A program made the position numbers and the translations under genes. Of a stretch of DNA of 64,000 nucleotides, positions 57,078 through 64,000 are shown piece after piece. Below the pieces are notes generated by a model. The model was given only the letters and a program-made list of their open reading frames with translations. It was not told the DNA's origin and did not search any database. Numbering within the stretch: position 1 is the stretch's first letter; each line of letters opens with the position of its first letter. Source of the DNA: Azolla caroliniana. Taxonomy: Eukaryota > Plantae > Polypodiophyta. The stretch covers positions 12,834,001 to 12,898,000 of the forward strand of contig JBHGNT010000005.1 in the NCBI GenBank assembly GCA_043228905.1, read 5' to 3'.

Positions 57078-57146
57078 TGGCGTCACCCGGACTTGAACCT
57101 CGAACCTTGTAATTCATACTTGAAAACCTCAACCATTAAGATAGCT
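57078..57146 (-). other. tRNA-like segment ending in CCA in U3 of the element I LTR (second copy ~62223-62291)
   Basis: Minus strand: TATCTTAATGGTTGAG ... GGTTCAAGTCCGGGTGACGCCA. Confidence 0.5.
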
Positions 57147-57203
57147 TATTGTTATATGAAACAATAAAAGCTATTTCTTGTATTACATTGATTATTGTAA
57201 AAA

Positions 57204-57310
57204 CTCTAGATTATTCTAGAATGTTCTAGAATGTCCTAGAGCATTCTAGGTCTAGAACATTCTAGAACATTCTAGAAATCTCTAAGCTATTCTATAGGAA
57301 CCTATAAATA
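57204..57310 (+). promoter_or_regulatory. Heat-shock-element array plus TATA box in the element I LTR (also 62349-62455)
   Basis: TTCtaGAAtgTTCtaGAA (57214-57231) and GAAcaTTCtaGAAcaTTCtaGAA (57255-57277). TATAAATA at 57303-57310. Confidence 0.75.
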
Positions 57311-57466
57311 AGCGCATACATGTATTCTCAAATCAATTCGAATCAACACCAGTCTTTAGCTCTCATTACATATCTTGTATCCATTCTCTTTCTTTCTCTA
57401 TCTTATACATCCATTCTTCTCTATCCTTCTTCCATCACTCTATCTTTTATCCTTGGTTCTGACAGT

Positions 57467-57473
57467 TTGATTC

Positions 57474-57478
<5 letters not shown>
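57467..57478 (+). other. Self-priming PBS complementary to the predicted transcript 5' end
   Basis: TTGATTCGAATT is the exact reverse complement of AATTCGAATCAA at 57335-57346. No TGG-type tRNA PBS is present. Confidence 0.75.
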
Positions 57479-57509
<31 letters not shown>

Positions 57510-57534
57510 CCTCCTTTGTAACCATCCTGAAACC

Positions 57535-58699
57535 ATGGCTGCCATTAACTCAGAAGAATATCTCACCCTTGTTGCAGAAATGGAGAACCTTAAATCCAAG
57601 TTCGCATCTCTTGAAGTAGAGAATCAACGTCTACTTGGGGATCTACAAAAGGTTACTATAGAGAAGCAACAACAACAAGAGGAGTTCACGCGACGAGTGC
57701 AACAGTTAGAGTCGACAATCGTCGTGTTACAACAACAAAGGGTTGAAGGTCAGGGACTTATCAAGGAGCCCAAAATTAGCCTCCCAGCTAAATTTGATGG
57801 GTCGAGGGCGCATTTCCGAGGTTTTTTGAATCAAGTACGGTTGGTGATTCAAATGCATCCCACACGTTATCCAACAGATGCATCACGAGTCGGGCTAGTG
57901 GGCACTTTATTGACTGGCATAGCGTTGTCGTGGTTTGCTCCATTGCTAGAGACCAATTCTCCTCTACTGAATAATTTCGGGGAATTTATCAAGGAATTTA
58001 AGGCTTGTTTCGAAGATACTGATGGGGCGAGAACAACTATCAACAAGATTCGTACACTTCGTCAAGGTGATCAACCAGCTTCAACATATGCTGCCAATTT
58101 CCGTCTCATCGCAAGCGATATTCCTTGGGATGAACAAGCCCTAATGGAGCAATTCCGTTCAGGCCTTCGTAGTGATGTCAAAGACTTACTTCTTACCTTC
58201 CCCGAGGATCCAAGGTCACTTACAGAAGCTATTAGTCGAGCAATACGGTGTGTTAATCTCCTTTTTGAGCGTCGATGTGAGCGACAACAACAAATAACAA
58301 GATCTCGATTCACACCAACTTATGCATTAGTAACGGCGTAATCATCCCCAAGGCAAATGTATAGCCCTGCTCCAACTCCAAGGCAAACACGTAGTCCAGT
58401 CCCAATGGATAGTCCTACACCCATGGAGATCGATATGACTCAACGACGAGGACCGTTGTCAGACGAAGAGAAGCAACGTCGTCGAGCAAACCATCTGTGC
58501 TTATATTGTGGAGGTCCAGGACATATAGCCATTCATTGCTCCCGTAGGCCGAGACGTCAGGTAAAATCAAATTCACTATGACAATAAAAATGAGTCCAAC
58601 ATTTTAGAAGTAGTTAGTGAATCTAATATTATGAATAATCCACCCTTGTCCAATAAATTTGAAGTCCTAAGCCAATTAGAAGAGGAGTCAAACGAATAA
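57535..58699 (+). pseudogene. Gag of element I (premature TAA at 58339; probable 1-nt insertion near 58563)
   Basis: PAKFDG, LRQG, F..GL..DVK, PMEID and CLYCGGPGHIAIHC motifs. Confidence 0.88.
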
Positions 58700-61600
58700 G
58701 TCCGGCCAAAATAGGAGCCATTTGGTTGGACAACCCTAGATATGTACAACCTAGTGTGGGTTCCATTTCTTCCAAGCATATTAGTAGAGTCTTCTCAGCC
58801 CTAGTACAAGTTAGGACACCCAGTTGTCAACTTCAAGTCCAAGCCCTCTTAGATACTGGAGCCAATTCTTGTTTCATGGATAGAGATTTTGCCCAAAAAC
58901 ACCAAATATCCTTGCATACACTTCCTTGTCCAGTTTCCGTAGTAGTGATTGATGGACGCCCCATAGCTTCCGGGAAGATATTTGAAGAGTCTGAGCCAAT
59001 ACACATACTCTTGGGTGATTTAGGATGTGTAGTTTCCTTTAACATAGTCCGTAGTCCTGAGCATCCAATTGTCCTCGGTTTGCCATGGTTCGAGCTACAT
59101 AACCCTAGAATCGATTGGAGGAAGCGAGAAATTAGGTGCCCTTTAGCAGAAAATATCATTGTCAAGGATCGAACTCGAGATTATCCTCCCAAAGTATATA
59201 GTTCTACCGATGCACCATATCCTTCTCATCAAATTTCAGCCATCACATTGCAACAATTGCACCAAGTGGGAGGCAAGGAGGACCTTTTCTTATTTGCAGT
59301 ATCAGTGACACCTTCTAGTGTCACTGAAGGGAATTCAGACATCCAAATTCCCAAAAAATATCAAGACTATGCTGATGTTTTCGACAAAGTCAAAGCTAGT
59401 GTTCTTCCAAAGCATCGGCCGTACGACTGTCCTATTGATCTCCAACCAGGAAAAGAGCCTCCGTGGGGTCCGATTTACAATTTATCACCCACTGAGCTTG
59501 AGGTTCTTCGAGAATACATCGAGGAAAATCTTGCACATGGGTTTATTCGACATTCAAAGTCTCCAACTGGCGCTCCTATCTTTTTTGTGAAGAAAAAGGA
59601 CGGCTCCCTTCGTTTGGTCGTGGACTATCGAGGCTTAAATAAAGTCACCATAAGGAATAGGTATGCTTTACCTTTAATCTCCAATCTCTTAGAACGCATT
59701 GGTGGGGCAAAGCATTTTACCAAAATTGATCTAACGGGTGCATATAATCTTGTTCGAATTCGGCCAGGAGATGAGTGGAAAACAACATTTCGTACTCGGT
59801 ATGGTCATTTTGAGTATACAGTCATGCCTTTCGGGCTCACAAATGCACCTGCCGTATTCCAACATATGGCAAATGACATCTTCCGGGATTTCTTGGATAT
59901 TTTTCTAATCATCTACCTAGATGATCTATTGATTTACTCTAAAACACATGTGCGGCAAGTACTTGAACGCCTAAGGAAGTATGGTCTTTACGCCAAACTT
60001 GAGAAATGCAATTTTGATTGCAAACAAGTCGAATTTTTGGGATACACTATTTCATCCCAGGGTGTTTTCATGGACCCGGCAAAAGTCCAAACAATATTGG
60101 AATGGAAACCCCCATGCTCAGTTCGGGATGTCCAGTGTTTCCTCGGATTTGCGAACTTCTATCGCAAATTCATACATAATTATTCAAGCATTGTGTTGCC
60201 CCTTACTCAACTCACCAAGAAAAATCAAGCATTTTTTTGGAGTATCGAAGCGGATAAGGCTTTTACGCAGCTAAAAGAGGCATTCACATCAGCACCCATC
60301 CTAGCACATATTGATCCTGAAAAGCCATTTACTATTGAGGCGGATGCATCGGACTTTGCATTGGGGAGTATCCTATCGCAACCAGGCGAGGACGGGCAGA
60401 TACATCCAGTCGCGTTTCACTCGAGAAAGTTTATTGTTTCGGAGATAAACTATGAGGTGCATGACAAGGAGTTACTAGCTGTGGTCGACTCATTCGAGCA
60501 ATGGCGTCATTTTCTAGAAGGATCACCTCATCAAATTATCATTTATAGTGATCACAAAAATCTCACATATTTTCAAACAGCTCGAGTATTAAATAGACGA
60601 CAAGCTCGGTGGGCCCAATTTCTAACGCGTTTCGATTTCAAGATCATTTTTCGCCCCGGAAAACAACAAGGGAAAGCAGATGCTCTGTCTCGGCGTTCGT
60701 ATCTAGCACTTCGACCTAGAGATCCGGCCTTTGACAATCAAAAGCAAACTCTCCTCGGGCCATCAAAGCTACAGGTAACAACAATTTATGCCACACCACT
60801 TGATTCTACCCTTCTTGACACTATTCGGCAACAACTTCATTCGGATGATTTTGCTAAGGATGTCTTAGCCCACTGTGGTTCAAGTCGTCCATCTTGCTCC
60901 ACATTGCCAGGGTCATCTCAACATTATAAGGACTTCAAGTGGCAAGATGGTTTACTTTTCTACAAGAATCTCCTTTACGTCCCCGACGGATCACCCCAAC
61001 TTCAAGTGTTGGAACATTGTCATGATACCCCCATGGCTGGACATTTTGGTATTTCCAAGACCATTGAGCTGGTGAAACGTTCGTTTTGGTGGCCTCACTT
61101 GCAAAAATTTGTCGAAGATTATGTTCGCACTTGTGACACCTGCTGTCGCGCCAAAATACCCCGGCATCACCCTTATGGCTTACTACAACCATTACCCCCT
61201 CCCAACAAACCATCAATAGTGAAGAAACTGCAGATCTCATTATGCGTGAAGTGTTTCGCCATCATGGTCTCCCGAATGATATTATTAGCGATCGAGGTCC
61301 TCAATTTATCTCACACTTTTGGAAGCACCTATGGGCAGGCCTCAAAATCTCTTGCAAACTCTCTTCGGCTTATCATCCACAAACTGACGGACAAACAGAG
61401 CGCACAAATCAAACGCTCGAGCAATATCTTCGATGTTTCATTAGTTATCAACAAGATGATTGGAGTAAAATTTTACATCTTGCTGAGTTTGCATACAACA
61501 ACACGGTCCACTCTTCTACCAAAGTTACACCTTTCTTTGCCTACACCGGCAACCACCCTCGATGGTGTATACTGGATCTTCCCGAGGTGTCACGAAACCC

Positions 61601-62216
61601 TAGTGCGGCGCATCACCTCCACCGACTACAACAAATCCAGTTCGAGTTATCGTCACATCTTCAGAAAGTGCAAGCACACCATAAGACCAATGCCGATCGA
61701 CATCGTCTTAAGTCTCCGTTTAAGGTTGGTGACCGTGTATGGTTGCTTCGTCGTCACATCAAGACTACCCGACCGTGTGCTAAGCTTGACTATCAATGCT
61801 TAGGTCCTTTTGTCATCACGGCGCAGATTAATGATGCAACATTTCGTCTTAACCTTCCTGCACATATGCGGCTTCACCCTGTCTTTCATAACTCTCTTTT
61901 GGAACCTTGCCACACCTCTTTAATTCGTGATCGTGTCCTGGCACCACCGCCTTCTGTACAACTTCTGGACGGCCCCGAATACGAGGTAGCTGCTATTCTC
62001 GATTCTAAGATTGTGCGCAATAAGCTTTATTATCTAGTTGATTGGCTTGGTTATCCTCCGAGTGATCGCACTTGGGAACCCATCGATAACGTTTGTAATG
62101 CTGAAGCTCTGGTCAACGACTTCCATCGTCACTATCCAAACAAGCCCGGCCCAACAATGTTAACGCCGACTTCCACTCGGCGTTCTCGAAGGAGGGATAG
62201 TGTCATGAACACATGA
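58687..62216 (+). pseudogene. Pol of element I (PR-RT-RH-IN-chromodomain) with a frameshifting deletion in the integrase near 61212
   Basis: LLDTGA, YLDD, EADASDF, H..H..C..C. The expected W..ISMDF/VVVDR block is missing. 61242-62216 carries the rest of IN and the chromodomain. Confidence 0.92.
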
Positions 62217-64000
62217 CCATTATGGCGTCACCCGGACTTGAACCTCGAACCTTGTAATTCATACTTGAAAACCTCAACCATTAAGATAGCTTATTGTTAT
62301 ATGAAACAATAAAAGCTATTTCTTGTATTACATTGATTATTGTAAAAACTCTAGATTATTCTAGAATGTTCTAGAATGTCCTAGAGCATTCTAGGTCTAG
62401 AACATTCTAGAACATTCTAGAAATCTCTAAGCTATTCTATAGGAACCTATAAATAAGCGCATACATGTATTCTCAAATCAATTCGAATCAACACTAGTCT
62501 TTAGCTCTCATTACATATCTTGTATCCATTCTCTTTCTTTCTCTATCTTATACATCCATTCTTCTCTATCCTTCTTCCATCACTCTATCTTTTATCCTTG
62601 GTTCTGACAATGGCAAGCACTGGCAGGTTGCTAGATAACACTAACCATGGAGAAGCTACTTCAACTAGTCCCACGGTTCCGCCAGGCCGTAGAGGATCGC
62701 ATAACGGGCAGACCTGGGGGTAAGCATCTCCGCCAACTTTACGGACACCAGCACCGGACCAACGGTGGTGGATCACCACAATCTGGCTCTTAAGTTGATA
62801 TTACCTGGTCAAGAAATCACAGGATGCGTAATCGACGACGGCTCTGGCATCAATGTAATTAGCGCGAAGACATGCAAACAATTGGGAATTTCAGAATGGG
62901 AAGCTTGGCCGTTTTGGCTTCACATGGCGGATACTCGCTCAATAAGGCCTTTAGGCTTAATACGAAAATTAGGCATTATCAGTGGCGGACATTGCTTCGA
63001 CGTCTCGGCCGTAGTCCTCGCCCTCGACGCCCGAGGAGCGTATCCTATGCTGCTTGGCAGACCTTGGCTTCGATCAACAAATATCAAATAGAGCTGGCAA
63101 CATAAGTGCATCAGTTTTCGACGCGGACGCACCAAGGTTCGCGTACCCACAGAGGAAATGACGGCACAACCCAAGGGCATAACACTGTTATACGCGGAAG
63201 ATATAAATATGCTGGTTGGGGTGGATGATACAGAATTAGAAGTATACCTCGACGAGCACCCCCGAATCATTCCGCTATTCGAAATCGACGTCATAGAAAC
63301 CGCGGCGGATTACGCCACGCCTACTGTGCTCCACGACGAGGCTTACAAACCAGACCCAGAGTCAATATTAGAATTAAGCAGAGCATGGGCGGTGTTCGAG
63401 AGGGAAATGGAAATTTCACGACGAGTCGCTGCCTCAGCCCTAGAAGAAGTAAACATAGGTACGGATCAAAGAGAGGCGATGATAGCACTACTCAGGAAGT
63501 ATAAAGATGTGTTTTCTTGGTGCCATGAGGACATGAAGGGATTAGATCCGAAGTTCTATCAACATAAGATCAATTTAGCGACCGATGCGAAACCAGTCTA
63601 GCAACGTCGATACCGCATGAACCCAAATTACGCAGCTCGCGTAAAAGAGGAAATTGACAAACTCCTCAAGGCCAGATTCATTCGACCAGTCAAACAAGCT
63701 ACATGGTTAAGCCCGATAGTAGGCGTACCAAAGAAAAATGGCAAAATACGTGTGTGCATGGACTACCGGAAATTGAACGTCGTAACCATTACAGACGCAT
63801 TCCCTTTACCTTTCATCGACAACGTACTGGATGCCGTCACAGGGCATGCCATGTACAACTTTCTAGATGGCTTCAATGGGTACAATCAAGTACGCATGCA
63901 CCCCGACGACCAAGAGAAGACGGTGTTTGTCACGGACTGGGGAGTCTATGTGGTGGTCGTCATGATGTTCGGGCTAAAGACGGCACCAACTACATTTCAA

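Larger units (their letters stand above)
57056..62609 (+). mobile_element. Full-length chromovirus I (Tf1/sushi- or Tcn1-like). LTRs 57056-57464 and 62201-62609 (409 bp); TSD ATGGC
   Basis: LTRs differ at two positions by eye. ATGGC at 57051-57055 and 62610-62614. PPT GAAGGAGGGATAG. Canonical chromodomain YEVAAILD..YLVDWLGY...TWEP. Confidence 0.96.
54841..64000 (+). mobile_element. Degenerate Ty3/Gypsy element H of a different family. Probable 5' LTR 54841-55345; gag ~55600-57050; PR/RT 62615-64000; interrupted by element I and running off the window
   Basis: ..GGTAACA followed by TGTT-TGGCACGC (PBS-like). Gag with CCHC knuckles, VIDDGSGINV..LLGRPWL (PR), RVCMDYRKLN..FLDGFNGYNQ (RT). The left LTR boundary is uncertain. 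Confidence 0.8.

Noticed and set aside
61212-61803. Novel C-terminal domain on the 1025-aa ORF
   Set aside because: Out-of-frame read-through after the integrase deletion; the true frame is 61242-62216.

Overview
Repeat-rich land-plant genomic DNA. The element families look like those of a non-seed plant such as a fern, but that is inference only. There are two host genes in convergent orientation: an 11-exon GSK3/SHAGGY-like kinase (+, 16341-20838, with one GC-AG intron) and an intronless multi-pass membrane protein (-, 23615-24646). Both flanks are nested LTR-retrotransposon blocks (1-10.6 kb and 25.2-64 kb), whose layers resolve from LTR termini and target-site duplications (TSDs). The most notable signal is one non-chromodomain Ty3/Gypsy family, here called family W (elements A, B, C, G and two solo LTRs). 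It has TGTC(G/A)...GACA termini, a tRNA-Trp primer-binding site (PBS) and a D-H-G protease fused to Gag. Between PR and RT it carries a G_GAU_UUU -1 frameshift site followed by an H-type pseudoknot with compensatory base changes across four copies. All six of its visible insertion sites have a CG-centred 4-mer target. Other observations: antisense tRNA-like (Pol III A/B-box) cassettes in three LTR types; a self-priming chromovirus whose LTR carries a perfect heat-shock-element array; an in-frame 150-bp triplication in a Copia pol; and near-identical LTR pairs on coding-dead elements. Everything was read by eye; no searches or folding were run.
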